A stretch of DNA of 64,000 bases from Calditrichia bacterium (GCA_050633245.1 JBOEGD010000005.1:60076-124075); one strand, 5' to 3'; shown: positions 9,592 through 19,907, counted from the stretch's first letter. Made by a program: numbers and translations. Notes: generated by a model from the letters alone, not told the origin.

Positions 9592-10719
9592 ATGAGATCA
9601 CGACACTATTACCAACGACAATTTTGGCGAAACATGCCGCTCGGCTCTCTTGCTGTGCTAATGCTCGCGATCTTTTTTACTTTTGCGACGATTGGATTTG
9701 CCACAGATATCATGTCTGGAGGACAGTATCCGGCGCAGCACCTTTTCATTTCAATAATATATTCCGGCCTAATTGCTGTGGCCTATGTTCTTGCCTCAAC
9801 CCGTAATCCATGGCTTTTCACCATCGTTATTCCGCTTCATATAGGATTTCACGTGATATACAGACCCAATTTTGAACCGACACCACTTGCGGCCCCACTT
9901 GAGAACCGCCTTTTTCTCGATGCCTTCGGGATCGTTTTTTTGATTGCCCTTGGATACTTCTTTTTTATTTTTTTTATCGGACTTCAGGGGACGAAATCAT
10001 TAAAACTGGCCACTGAAATGGAGCTTGCTCAGCAGATGCATGATGTTCTGGTTCCCGATATTCAATTTGAAAACGCCGAGCTAAAGGTGTTAGCAAAGTC
10101 CATTCCGGCAACAGAAGTTGGCGGTGATCTTGTAGATCTCTATGAAGTAGACGACTCCTGTATTTGTTATATTGCAGATATCTCCGGACATGGTGTGGCT
10201 GCTTCTCTTTTGATGGGGATGTTCAAAAGCGCTATGCATACCGAGTTACAACAGGGGGCGTCTTTGCAAAAAACGCTGCAGGAGGTAAACAGGGCATTAT
10301 ACAGATTAAAAAAGCGAACCATGTTTCTTACAGCTGCACTCATGCGTTTTTCATCCGATAAGACAGTAGAGTTTGCAGTAGCAGGACACCTGCCAATTTT
10401 ACACTATGGTCATTCAACGAATGCTTTATCTCAACTTAGTCAGAAGCAAATTCCCCTGGCAGCGCAGAAAGATTATGTTTTTAACACGGAGACTGTTCCG
10501 TTCGAGGTGGGTGATCGCTTTATTCTGTTAACCGATGGAATTACTGAGACTTCTACAAAAAAAGATGTTGAGCTGGGATTTGAAGCGGTTGAGCAGGTTC
10601 TTCGCAATACTATGATGTTGCCTCTGGAACAGCAGATTGAGGCTGTCTATGAAGCTGCAGACGCACACGGTTCTCGCAATGATGATCAAACCATAATGAT
10701 TATAGAAGTGGTTGCTTAA
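9592..10719 (+). CDS. Membrane-bound PP2C/SpoIIE (RsbU-like) phosphatase
   Basis: 4 N-terminal TM segments; EVGGD, ADISGHG, AGH, TDGITE, DDQT. Confidence 0.9.
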   Translation: MRSRHYYQRQFWRNMPLGSLAVLMLAIFFTFATIGFATDIMSGGQYPAQHLFISIIYSGLIAVAYVLASTRNPWLFTIVIPLHIGFHVIYRPNFEPTPLAAPLENRLFLDAFGIVFLIALGYFFFIFFIGLQGTKSLKLATEMELAQQMHDVLVPDIQFENAELKVLAKSIPATEVGGDLVDLYEVDDSCICYIADISGHGVAASLLMGMFKSAMHTELQQGASLQKTLQEVNRALYRLKKRTMFLTAALMRFSSDKTVEFAVAGHLPILHYGHSTNALSQLSQKQIPLAAQKDYVFNTETVPFEVGDRFILLTDGITETSTKKDVELGFEAVEQVLRNTMMLPLEQQIEAVYEAADAHGSRNDDQTIMIIEVVA

Positions 10720-10743
10720 ATAAGTACTGTATTGTTTAAACTT

Positions 10744-11391
10744 TTAGCCTTCAAGCGTCTCTTCTGGATTATTCAAAAGGCTCTGCAGCCGCTCAAAATA
10801 CCTTCCCACATGCAGCCCATCCATTAACGAATGATGTACTTCAACCGATACAGGCATCATTATCTTCAGACCGTCGCTTTCATATTTTCCCATGACAATT
10901 TTAGGTATGGAATCTGTCTCATCAAACCTACGTGCGTGCGAGAAACTCGTAAAACGAACCCATGGAATGACTGAGTAATGGATTAAATCATGACGATCAA
11001 CTTCCGGATTGACGTTGGAATGTCCTTCTTTGAACCGTTTGAGGATTTGCATGGAATCGGTATGGAACGCTCGGAAACCCGGCTGATAGTTGAAGTAGCT
11101 GAAACTGAAGGTCTCGTCGGTGTTGAGAACAGTGGAGCTTGGGTGAATCGTTTCATAAATGCGAACTCTATCTTCTTCTAATCGATAGCGAAAGTTTTCG
11201 ATTTCATTCGTTACCAGAGTGGATAAATAAAGCAACGTGATAAAAAATGATAGCTCATGTGCCTGCGTATAGGTAATGGTCTTGCTTATATCAACTTCAG
11301 CACACATATTAAAAAATGGATTGTCATATTGTTTAAAAAGATGAAAGTGTTCACGGCGTTTCCATTTTTCAATATCCAGGTAATCAGACAT
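10744..11391 (-). CDS. cat: CatA-family chloramphenicol acetyltransferase-like protein
   Basis: WKRREHF, SVIPWVRF, IPKIVMGKY, catalytic HHSLMDGLH; ATG at 11391. Confidence 0.85.
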   Translation of the reverse strand: MSDYLDIEKWKRREHFHLFKQYDNPFFNMCAEVDISKTITYTQAHELSFFITLLYLSTLVTNEIENFRYRLEEDRVRIYETIHPSSTVLNTDETFSFSYFNYQPGFRAFHTDSMQILKRFKEGHSNVNPEVDRHDLIHYSVIPWVRFTSFSHARRFDETDSIPKIVMGKYESDGLKIMMPVSVEVHHSLMDGLHVGRYFERLQSLLNNPEETLEG

Positions 11392-11468
11392 TATTCTTCC
11401 TCCGAGCAAATGAAGTGTTTTCTGACAGGTATTTTAAATAATGCTTACAAAAAAAGCATGAGGTTTTT

Positions 11469-12614
11469 GTGAAGCTCGAACAAGTGCTGACTTTTTGTAT
11501 TGTGATTTCCTTGTTTCCGGTATTCGGACAGAATAGCATTCGCGTTGATATGGAATTAAACCAAACATATCGACAAACTTTATATCCTGGATGGATTAGT
11601 ATGCCTGAACGAGATTTTCTTCAGCAACAAATTGTCTACGGCCCCGATAGTATTATCGTAGCGATAAAAAAGTCTGTTTCCGAAAACAATACCTATTCCA
11701 TAACCGTCGACGAGGGAAATAACGGAACTCTGGATGATGATAAAAAAATGATGCTGAAGATTGACTCAACCATTGTGTTTCAGGTTAGGAGATCTTGGAA
11801 GAATAAGACAGACAAGGTACTTACCTATTATTTGGGTTATTTAACGAGTGTAAATAAATCCGCGGTAAAAGTTAGTACCTTCTTTTGGGCAAGTCATTAT
11901 CGGGCTGAGGGGAAATTGTTAATTAATGGGACTGAGTATCTAGTCGCTTTTTTAGATTCTGATGGCAACGGTAAATTCGATAAAAACGATTTCAGAAGCA
12001 TGACGTCCCTGCAATTCGACACAAATAAAGATGGCAAAATATGGGGTAAAGACGAGTATTTTCGCGGGTATCAAACTCTACCATTTGAAAATCAAACTTT
12101 CCTTCTCGCGGAGCTCGCAGTAGACGGTTCTTACGCGGTGTTTGAGCGAACTGATTTAATTATTCCAAAGGTCGGAGAAAAAATTCCTGGATTTGAACTC
12201 ACTACAACCGGGGAAAACGTGTTTTCCGATGAGAGTCTGTTAGGTGAAAACTATTTGTTGGATTTTTGGGCCTCTTGGTGTGCCCCTTGCGTGGCGGCTT
12301 TTCCGGAACTTAAACAGTTAGAGACGGATTATCGTGATAAGCTTCAGCTTATTTCAATAAACATCGATTCTGCAAAGCGAGTAAATAAGGCGGAGAGCAT
12401 TATTGAAGAGTATGAACTTCCCTGGCCGCAGGTTATTCGTAGAAAAGGTAGTGACGATGATTTATGGAAATTATATGGAGGTACGGCCGAAGCTCGCTTT
12501 GGTATTCCACTTTATGTCGTGGTTGATTCTAATGGTGTGATACAGTATTTGGGAAAAGGTGGTATAAATCAGGTGGAGTTAAAAGCTGCGGTTGCTGCAT
12601 TGCAAATACCGTGA
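11469..12614 (+). CDS. Secreted TlpA-like disulfide reductase with N-terminal extension
   Basis: Signal peptide; DFWASWCAPC; GIP cis-Pro; DxDGxG Ca-binding-like loops. Confidence 0.85.
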   Translation: MKLEQVLTFCIVISLFPVFGQNSIRVDMELNQTYRQTLYPGWISMPERDFLQQQIVYGPDSIIVAIKKSVSENNTYSITVDEGNNGTLDDDKKMMLKIDSTIVFQVRRSWKNKTDKVLTYYLGYLTSVNKSAVKVSTFFWASHYRAEGKLLINGTEYLVAFLDSDGNGKFDKNDFRSMTSLQFDTNKDGKIWGKDEYFRGYQTLPFENQTFLLAELAVDGSYAVFERTDLIIPKVGEKIPGFELTTTGENVFSDESLLGENYLLDFWASWCAPCVAAFPELKQLETDYRDKLQLISINIDSAKRVNKAESIIEEYELPWPQVIRRKGSDDDLWKLYGGTAEARFGIPLYVVVDSNGVIQYLGKGGINQVELKAAVAALQIP

Positions 12615-12666
12615 TACAACTATTGAAATAAAATATGTAGTATTGTAAAAATGAAAGAAGGCAAAC

Positions 12667-13875
12667 ATGGTTATTGGCGTTGGCGGTTCCACCGCGGAAA
12701 AAGAACTTGGTAAATTATCCGATATGACGGCTGGCGTTAAGCCGATTCAATCTGAAGAATTTGAGGCTCGTCTGGCAAAAGCACGAAATCTAATGAAGCA
12801 GGAAGGTTTTGCTGCAGTGTATTTGCATGCTGGTACAAACCTGTACTATTTCACTGGAATGAAGTGGAATGCCTCCGAGCGTATGGTTGGTGTTCTTGTA
12901 ACCGCTGATGGCCTCGATTATATCGCGCCTGCTTTCGAGCATGGCACGGTTATGGGATTTATGAAAATCTCAGGAGATTTACACTGTTGGGAAGAACATG
13001 AGAGTCCATACGAGCTTTTTGGTGTTGTTCTTAAACAGCATAATATTCACGATGGCAAGATTGGAATGGATGAGAGTGCGCCCTTTTTTATTACAGATGG
13101 TTTGAGGTTGGCAAACCCGGGATATTTGTGGGAGAATGCAAAAGCGGTGACTGCCGGTTGTCGCGCGTTTAAGTCTGACAGCGAGATTGCTATTATTCAG
13201 CGCGCAAAAGAAATGACGATGGCGGTTCAAAAGTCAGCAGCAAAAATTCTCTACCCGGGCATCTCCGCTAAAGAAATGGTCGACTTTATCCATGCAGCTC
13301 ATAAGAAAGTTGGTGCACCCGCAGGCTCTTACTTTTGCATTATCCTATTTGGTGAAGATACACAGTATCCACACGGTGTCCCCGTGCCGCGGGATATGCG
13401 GGAAGGTGATGTGGTACTGGTTGATACCGGATGTCAACTGCATGGCTATATATCAGATATTACCCGAACCTATGTGTATGGCGAACCGACCGATCGGCAG
13501 CGCGAGATCTGGGATCTGGAAAAGAAGGTTCAACAGGCGGCATTTGATGCATCACAGCTTGGGGCATCATGCTCGGAAGTGGATGACGCGTCTAGAGCAG
13601 TGTTGGTTAAGGCCGGGCTAGGACCGGACTATAAGCTCCCTGGATTGGCTCATCGCACCGGGCATGGAACAGGTCTGGACATTCATGAATATCCGTATAT
13701 AGTGCGTGGAAACTCTACCCTTTTGGAATCCGGAATGGTGTTTAGTAACGAGCCGATGATCTGCGTGCCGGGTGAGTTCGGTATTCGTCTGGAAGACCAC
13801 ATATATATGACTGATGCTGGTCCGCGCTGGTTCACGCAGCCAATGAAGAGTATTGATGATCCATTTGGTGAGTGA
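12667..13875 (+). CDS. Xaa-Pro peptidase, M24 family
   Basis: VDTG, SDITRT, HRTGHGTGLDIHE, NEP, GIRLED. Confidence 0.92.
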   Translation: MVIGVGGSTAEKELGKLSDMTAGVKPIQSEEFEARLAKARNLMKQEGFAAVYLHAGTNLYYFTGMKWNASERMVGVLVTADGLDYIAPAFEHGTVMGFMKISGDLHCWEEHESPYELFGVVLKQHNIHDGKIGMDESAPFFITDGLRLANPGYLWENAKAVTAGCRAFKSDSEIAIIQRAKEMTMAVQKSAAKILYPGISAKEMVDFIHAAHKKVGAPAGSYFCIILFGEDTQYPHGVPVPRDMREGDVVLVDTGCQLHGYISDITRTYVYGEPTDRQREIWDLEKKVQQAAFDASQLGASCSEVDDASRAVLVKAGLGPDYKLPGLAHRTGHGTGLDIHEYPYIVRGNSTLLESGMVFSNEPMICVPGEFGIRLEDHIYMTDAGPRWFTQPMKSIDDPFGE

Positions 13876-13920
13876 ATTTTAAACTTACGTCGTAATCCAC
13901 CTTAGGCGCACTTCGCTTTT

Positions 13921-13946
13921 GCTCAGCGGGATAAGTCCCGCTGAGC
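13921..13946. other. GC-rich hairpin after the peptidase gene
   Basis: GCTCAGCGGGA-TAAG-TCCCGCTGAGC perfect 11-bp stem. Confidence 0.6.
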
Positions 13947-14084
13947 CTGGCCGGCACGTGAAACGGACTGTATTATAATACCTTTCGATATGAATAGTAA
14001 ATATTGATCCGTGCAACGATGTCGACAAACTTTCGTATGGATTAACAAATTGAAGATGATTAATTCAACGGAGTTCGATACAAA

Positions 14085-14297
14085 ATGATGAGTATGATGG
14101 CGAAGTTTTGGCTACGACGTTTTGTAACCGTTGCAGGAATTGTATGCGCTGCTCTTCTGATAATAGAATTTGCGAAGAATGGTGGAAACGTGGAAATTGG
14201 AGCGGTATTAATTTGGGCACTGGTGAGCGGAGCGATTGCCGCGACGACCGGTACATGGTGGGCGCGTAACAGAGGATGTGGACTTCCTCAGAAGTAA
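14085..14297 (+). CDS. Small 2-TM membrane protein
   Basis: GGAG upstream; two hydrophobic helices. Confidence 0.7.
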   Translation: MMSMMAKFWLRRFVTVAGIVCAALLIIEFAKNGGNVEIGAVLIWALVSGAIAATTGTWWARNRGCGLPQK

Positions 14298-14324
14298 CAG
14301 AACTAATGTGTGTCTTCTATATTA

Positions 14325-14468
14325 ATGAGGATGTTTTTTGAATCGAAGAAAAGCCCTCCCCGTATTCTTTGTGCTATTCCTACGATTGTATCTTGCTATT
14401 TTATTCAGCTTTCACCTTATATACTTATTTGGGGTGTTGGGTCTTTTTTGAGCTGTGTTTGGGAGTAA
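14325..14468 (+). CDS. Possible 47-aa hydrophobic ORF or gene fragment
   Basis: MRMFFESKKSPPRILCAIPTIVSCYFIQLSPYILIWGVGSFLSCVWE*; shares a PYxxIWGVG motif with ORF 19386. Confidence 0.3.
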   Translation: MRMFFESKKSPPRILCAIPTIVSCYFIQLSPYILIWGVGSFLSCVWE

Positions 14469-14712
14469 AAAATAAAAGTTTTCAAAAAAGGGTGTCTTTT
14501 TTATAAAAAAGACTGCTCCATTCTGACAATGCTCCAGTTGTCATGTTAAAAATAAAATTCAAAATTTTGCGTCTTTTCTATAATATAGTACAGACACTGA
14601 AAGTCCGTCAGACTGCTCCATTCTGACAATGCTCCAGTTGTCATGTTAAAAATAAAATTCAAAATTTTGCGTCTTTTCCAAAACTGGAGCAGTTCTCAAA
14701 ACTGCTCCAGTT
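14466..14712 (+). repeat. Composite intergenic repeat, cluster 2
   Basis: Hairpins at 14510 and 14610 within an identical 69-bp duplication (100-bp period), then palindrome AACTGGAGCAGTTCTCAAAACTGCTCCAGTT (14682-14712). Confidence 0.92.
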
Positions 14713-14753
14713 GGCAAATTCCCTCAGGTAAAGTTGAAAAACAGGAGATCGCT

Positions 14754-15137
14754 ATGTTCACCCGCACCGGATTTATTCTCTACGTTCGCAAATACCCAGA
14801 ATGCGTCGCTTTCTATCGCGAGAAGCTTGAGCTTCCGATTATGTTTAATACTCCGGAAATCACCTGCTTTAAGTTTAATGAAAGTTATCTGATGGTTGAG
14901 ATGGATGATCAGGTACCGGCACCACTGCGCGGAGAGACTTATACCACTTGCTTACGCATGAACGTGCCGAACGTGAAAGCATTCGCAGATGGGTTAACTG
15001 CCAAGGGAGTGACGGTAGACTATCAAAAGCACGAATGGGGAAGCGTGGCAAAGTTTAATGATCCCGACGGTAATCTCTGTGCCTTCAAAGATGATGAAAA
15101 ATTTGAGCAGCAGGTTGAAAAGGGATTGGTTATATAA
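14754..15137 (+). CDS. VOC/glyoxalase family protein
   Basis: AGGAG RBS; AFYREKLEL, WGSVAKFNDPDGN. Confidence 0.88.
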   Translation: MFTRTGFILYVRKYPECVAFYREKLELPIMFNTPEITCFKFNESYLMVEMDDQVPAPLRGETYTTCLRMNVPNVKAFADGLTAKGVTVDYQKHEWGSVAKFNDPDGNLCAFKDDEKFEQQVEKGLVI

Positions 15138-15590
15138 ATGACCCCATTTCTGCAAATTTCGACTATTAAAGATCTTGACACCCTAGTTCCACTGGTGAAA
15201 TCCTATCATCAATTTGAAGGAATCAGCAAAACAAATGAAGAGCGAAATGAAGCTATACTTCCATTACTACAGGCAGACTCGTCCTACGGGAAAGTATACC
15301 TTATTCAACTCGGACAAGAAGCTGTCGGCTATATAGCACTCTGCTATGGATACAGTATTGAATTCGGTGGTCGCGACGCTTTTATTGATGAGTTTTATCT
15401 TGTCGAAAAGATACGCGGCAAAAAGATCGGAAGTCGGGTGCTTGAACTGATTAAAATTGAGGCTGCCAGGTTAAACATCAAAGCACTACATTTAGAGGTG
15501 GCAAATTCTAATCAGAGAGCGAAAAAGCTGTATCAGTCCTTTGGATTAAAACCTCGCGAACGCTTTCAGTTGCTCTCCTGTGAACTGTAA
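15138..15590 (+). CDS. GNAT acetyltransferase
   Basis: IDEFYL...RGKKIG, HLEV..N..A..LY...G. Confidence 0.9.
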   Translation: MTPFLQISTIKDLDTLVPLVKSYHQFEGISKTNEERNEAILPLLQADSSYGKVYLIQLGQEAVGYIALCYGYSIEFGGRDAFIDEFYLVEKIRGKKIGSRVLELIKIEAARLNIKALHLEVANSNQRAKKLYQSFGLKPRERFQLLSCEL

Positions 15591-15616
15591 TCTCTATGAC
15601 TCTGAAAAGGGAATGA

Positions 15617-16414
15617 ATGACCAGATTAAAAGATAAAGTTGCTCTTGTAACGGGAGCATCTCGTGGTATTGGATTGGCGACTGCTCAATTGTTTGCAAAA
15701 CATGGAGCGCAAGTGATCATGTCCGATGTGCTGGACGAGTCGGGGCAGAAAGAAGCAGATGTTATTGGGGCAGAGTACTTACATCTCGACGTTTCTAAAG
15801 AAAGTGAATGGCGGCAGGTTGCCGAAGTCATTGAGAATAAATACGGGCATCTGGACGTATTGATAAATAATGCCGGCATTACCGGATTTCTCGAGGCCTC
15901 GGGGCCGCATGATCCTGAAAACCTGGATATGGCAAGTTGGCAGACAGTTCACGCAACCAATATGGACGGTGTGGCGCTCGGCTGTAAATACGGAATTCGG
16001 CTGATGAAGAATTCCTCTTCTGCCAGTATTGTGAACATCTCATCCCGTTCGGGAATGATTGGTATTCCTGCTGCTGCCGCGTACGCTTCCAGCAAGGCAG
16101 CTGTCCGAAATCATACCAAATCTGTTGCGCTGTACTGTGCCGGGAAAAAGTATCCGATTCGCTGTAATTCACTACATCCGGGTGCTATTCTTACGCCTAT
16201 GTGGGAAGCAATGCTTGGTGAAGGCGAGCAGCGCGAGGCTGGTATTAAAGCAGTCTCGGCCGATGTGCCGCTAGGCCGAATGGGCGAGCCGAATGATGTA
16301 GCATATGCTGCACTGTATCTTGCCTCTGATGAGTCAAAATATCTCACCGGCATCGAAATTACAATTGACGGTGGAATTCTTGCCGGAAGTGCCGCTCTGC
16401 CACCCGAAAATTAG
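15617..16414 (+). CDS. Classical SDR oxidoreductase
   Basis: TGASRGIG, NNAG, YASSK. Confidence 0.93.
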   Translation: MTRLKDKVALVTGASRGIGLATAQLFAKHGAQVIMSDVLDESGQKEADVIGAEYLHLDVSKESEWRQVAEVIENKYGHLDVLINNAGITGFLEASGPHDPENLDMASWQTVHATNMDGVALGCKYGIRLMKNSSSASIVNISSRSGMIGIPAAAAYASSKAAVRNHTKSVALYCAGKKYPIRCNSLHPGAILTPMWEAMLGEGEQREAGIKAVSADVPLGRMGEPNDVAYAALYLASDESKYLTGIEITIDGGILAGSAALPPEN

Positions 16415-16475
16415 TCATTGCTTTGTGGTGCGTCGCGATAGTCGAGACAAGAAACATGAACGATGTGGAGATAAA

Positions 16476-17945
16476 GTGAGCAAAGATCGGCAAGTAATTC
16501 TCGTTACCGGAGCAACAGGATATATTGGTGGGCGTCTTGTACCAAAACTCCTGGAGCTCGGCTATAAAGTGCGCTGCTTAGTACGCGATGCTTCCAGGCT
16601 GCAGGGGCGACCATGGCAGTCTGAGGTGCAAATTGTAACCGGCGACGTACTGCAGCCGGAATCACTTGATGCGGCTATGAAACACGTTTCGGTTGCATAT
16701 TATCTAATCCATAGCTTGGGAAGTGGAGATGATTTTCACCACCGTGATATGACTGCCGCAACCAACTTCTCTGCAGCTTCTGCCACAGCTGGTGTGCAAC
16801 GGATTATCTATCTTGGTGGATTAGCAAAAGAAGACGCCGAACTTTCTGAACATTTACAATCCAGACAGCAAACGGGAAATGCTTTACGTAAAGCAGGTGT
16901 GCCGGTAACTGAGTTTCGGGCTGGTGTTATTGTCGGCTCAGGCAGCTTATCCTTCGAGATGATTCGCTATTTAACCGAACGAGTGCCGGTGATGGTTTGT
17001 CCGCGCTGGGTATATACGCGTGCCCAACCGATAGGTGTTCGTGACGTGCTCGATTATCTAACTGCTACACTAACTGTCGATGAAAGTGTCGGCCAAACAA
17101 TTGAAATCGGGGAACCCGATGTGATTACCTATGGTGAGATGATGACGACTTATGCCGAGGTGCGCGGTTTACGCCGTTGGCTGGTTCCCGTACCGGTGCT
17201 GACGCCATATTTGTCTTCTCATTGGGTAAATTTAGTAACGCCGATTCCCGGTGCTATTGCTCGTCCGTTAATTGAAGGATTGCGTAACGAGAATGTTGTT
17301 TCCGATTATTCTGCGCAAGAGATTTTTCCTGACATTAAACCGGCTAGCTATAAGGTCTCGGTAGAACGTGCCTTAGCAAGGCTTGAGGCAGCCGATATTG
17401 AATCAGCCTGGAGCGATGCGCTTATCACCAGTCAGGGAGACATTCCACCGGTTGTTTTCACTACTCAGGAAGGTTTGGTTCTGGAGCATCGTCAGCGAGT
17501 GGTAGAAACCACTAAAGCGAATGCGTTTCGTATCTTTACCGGGATTGGCGGCAAACGTGGTTGGCTTTATATGGACTGGGCCTGGAAAATTAGAGGCTTC
17601 CTTGATCGCATGATCGGAGGGGTGGGCCTACGTCGTGGCAGACGTGACCCCGATGAACTGCGTGTCGGTGATGCACTTGACTTCTGGCGCGTAGAAGCAG
17701 TTGAACCTGATAAACTTCTTCGTCTGCGTGCTGAAATGATGGTGCCGGGAAAAGCCTGGTTGCAGTATCAGGTGCAGGATCATAAAAACGATAATGTGCT
17801 GTTATTACAAACAGCCTTTTTTGCTCCCAAAGGATTATTTGGCTTTGTATATTGGTACGCACTTTATCCTATTCATGGACTAATATTTAGCGGAATGATA
17901 AACCGAATTTCCAAACTTGCCAAACAAGGCCATTTTGATGCCTGA
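16476..17945 (+). CDS. NAD(P)-binding SDR with C-terminal DUF2867 (YbjT-like)
   Basis: GATGYIGG; LDFWRV, AEMMVPGKAWL, FAPKGLFG; GGAG before GTG 16476. Confidence 0.88.
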   Translation: MSKDRQVILVTGATGYIGGRLVPKLLELGYKVRCLVRDASRLQGRPWQSEVQIVTGDVLQPESLDAAMKHVSVAYYLIHSLGSGDDFHHRDMTAATNFSAASATAGVQRIIYLGGLAKEDAELSEHLQSRQQTGNALRKAGVPVTEFRAGVIVGSGSLSFEMIRYLTERVPVMVCPRWVYTRAQPIGVRDVLDYLTATLTVDESVGQTIEIGEPDVITYGEMMTTYAEVRGLRRWLVPVPVLTPYLSSHWVNLVTPIPGAIARPLIEGLRNENVVSDYSAQEIFPDIKPASYKVSVERALARLEAADIESAWSDALITSQGDIPPVVFTTQEGLVLEHRQRVVETTKANAFRIFTGIGGKRGWLYMDWAWKIRGFLDRMIGGVGLRRGRRDPDELRVGDALDFWRVEAVEPDKLLRLRAEMMVPGKAWLQYQVQDHKNDNVLLLQTAFFAPKGLFGFVYWYALYPIHGLIFSGMINRISKLAKQGHFDA

Positions 17946-19011
17946 CATGCCATATCAAAAAACAATTGCGCACATTAATAAGCAGATTGAAAAAACAGAA
18001 TCGGCATTATCTAACTGGAATTGTGAGCCGGAAGAGCTGAAAAGTTATCGCCCGCAAAATGGTGGATGGACAATCAATGAGATTTTGGAACATATTTCTT
18101 TAACCAGCTTTTTCCTGCTGAAGATCATTCGAAAACACGTTGAGCGCGCTGAAAAACGGGCTGTAGCTGGTCAGACAATCCAGAATGCCGAGAGTGATTT
18201 ACAAAAGCTTAAGCCGGTTGGTATTCGCGGAACCTCAAGCTGGATTCGCCCGGAGCATATGGAACCGAGCGGAAGTGCGGACATGAATGTGGTGTATGAA
18301 ACGATTCGCGAACAGTTTGCGGAATGTCGCTCTTTTCTAGAGCGTATGAATAATGGTTGTGGGTCGTTGGCCACCGTTAACATGAGTGTGGGAAACCTTG
18401 GTAAGATGGATATGTATCAGTGGATCTATTTTCTTACCCTTCACGCCTGGCGGCATCATATTCAGATAAAAGAGATTAACGAAGAATATGTTACTGAACA
18501 GATGACTTTGACAGAGGTCTCCGGTAATGACATTGCAACTCTACAGAAAATAAGTATCGATACCTTCCGCGAGACCTACGAGCAGCATAATGAAGCGACT
18601 GAAATAGAAGTGCATATTAAGAAGCGCTTTAGTAAAAGTGCGTTGTTGGATGAAATACAAAACTCGGAATCTCAATTTTTTCTGGCCTGTTTTGATGCTA
18701 CACCTATCGGTTACTTGAAGCTGAATTGGGGGAGCTCTCAAACAGAACAACAACTTAAAGCGGCTTTGGAAATTGAGCGTATTTACGTTGTGAATGCTTT
18801 CCACGGAAAGGGAATTGGAAAAGTTCTATTTCAAAAGTCCGTTGATATCGCAAAGGCTCGAGGGTTTCGGCAGCTCTGGCTAGGTGTCTGGGAGAAAAAC
18901 CCGCGGGCGATTCGTTTCTATGAGAAGAGTGGGTTAAAAGTTTTCGATACACATTTTTTTGTTTTGGGAGAAGAGAAGCAGAAGGACTATTTGATGAAGA
19001 TGGACCTCTAA
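17938..19011 (+). CDS. DinB-like domain fused to a GNAT (PaiA-like) acetyltransferase
   Basis: N-terminal WTINEILEH...LHAWRH; C-terminal IERIYV..HGKGIG, WLGVWEKN. Confidence 0.85.
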   Translation: MPDMPYQKTIAHINKQIEKTESALSNWNCEPEELKSYRPQNGGWTINEILEHISLTSFFLLKIIRKHVERAEKRAVAGQTIQNAESDLQKLKPVGIRGTSSWIRPEHMEPSGSADMNVVYETIREQFAECRSFLERMNNGCGSLATVNMSVGNLGKMDMYQWIYFLTLHAWRHHIQIKEINEEYVTEQMTLTEVSGNDIATLQKISIDTFRETYEQHNEATEIEVHIKKRFSKSALLDEIQNSESQFFLACFDATPIGYLKLNWGSSQTEQQLKAALEIERIYVVNAFHGKGIGKVLFQKSVDIAKARGFRQLWLGVWEKNPRAIRFYEKSGLKVFDTHFFVLGEEKQKDYLMKMDL

Positions 19012-19025
19012 TGACTAATGCGAGA

Positions 19026-19270
19026 AATTGGCGTAGTTTTAAAAGCTGCTTAAATTGTTCACGTTGTCCGGTTTTCGTTAATTTTAAAATATTTCAAAAT
19101 TTCTTCTGTTTTTCAGAATAAAGACTGCTCCATTCTAACAATGCTCCAATTTGAACTTTTTAAAAAACATTTCAAAATCAGGTTCTTTTTTTATAATAAA
19201 GTACACAGGTTCTAGCTCACCAGACTGCTCCATTCTGACAATGCTCCAGTCTGACCTCTAAAAAATCAGA
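19026..19270 (+). repeat. Composite intergenic repeat, cluster 3
   Basis: Degenerate palindrome 19026-19056; hairpins at 19122 and 19222 (100-bp period), each preceded by the TTCAAA-N15 box pair. Confidence 0.92.
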
Positions 19271-19385
19271 ATTGAGTACTATTCCCAGATTGAGTCTGTT
19301 TTCTAAACTACACTTTTTATGTGACTTCAAGCAGCTATTCCAAGCCCCGGCTATACTTCAACCTGATTTTGGAGTTATCAATACT

Positions 19386-19907
19386 ATGCGAAATACGTAT
19401 CAAAAGCTGGCTCTGATTTTAGGCGTATCGTTTGCAATTTTATTCTGGATTGCCGTTTGGTTCAAGTTAAACTGGTTCTCGCAGCAGACTACCGGCTACG
19501 TTTCACCGCACCTGTTTAGCTATAATATTCCTATCACAACAATTTTTGCCGTTTACGCATTAGAACTTTTTTTCTCGGTATTTTTTCCGCCGTCTCGAAA
19601 ATCACTCTTGGAACATGCGCCTTATCTGATTATTTGGGGAGTCGGGTTTGTCCAGCTTTATTTGCGTCTGGTAACGCACTCCATCGATATAAGTGGGCAC
19701 ATGACATGGGCCGGACTGATGGTTGCTCATAGTGTTTTACGCAAGTTTCCCAGGTGGATGCATCTGTGCGCAATGGCTGTTTGGCTACATGCGGCATATT
19801 TCAATTACATACTCTGGGGAACCAGCAGCGGTGTAAATGGGACTATCTTGGGTATAGTTTTAAGCGTGCTATTAATCGTGTTAAATCGGTTGCGGAATGG
19901 CCGATAA
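19386..19907 (+). CDS. Hypothetical membrane protein
   Basis: GGAG upstream of ATG 19386; multiple TM segments; SGH motif. Confidence 0.75.
   Translation: MRNTYQKLALILGVSFAILFWIAVWFKLNWFSQQTTGYVSPHLFSYNIPITTIFAVYALELFFSVFFPPSRKSLLEHAPYLIIWGVGFVQLYLRLVTHSIDISGHMTWAGLMVAHSVLRKFPRWMHLCAMAVWLHAAYFNYILWGTSSGVNGTILGIVLSVLLIVLNRLRNGR

Noticed and set aside
14643-14753. Long N-terminal extensions of ORFs 14643, 19272, 38571 and 54295
   Set aside because: They run through repeats, terminators or intergenic sequence; downstream ATGs with an RBS or signal peptide fit better
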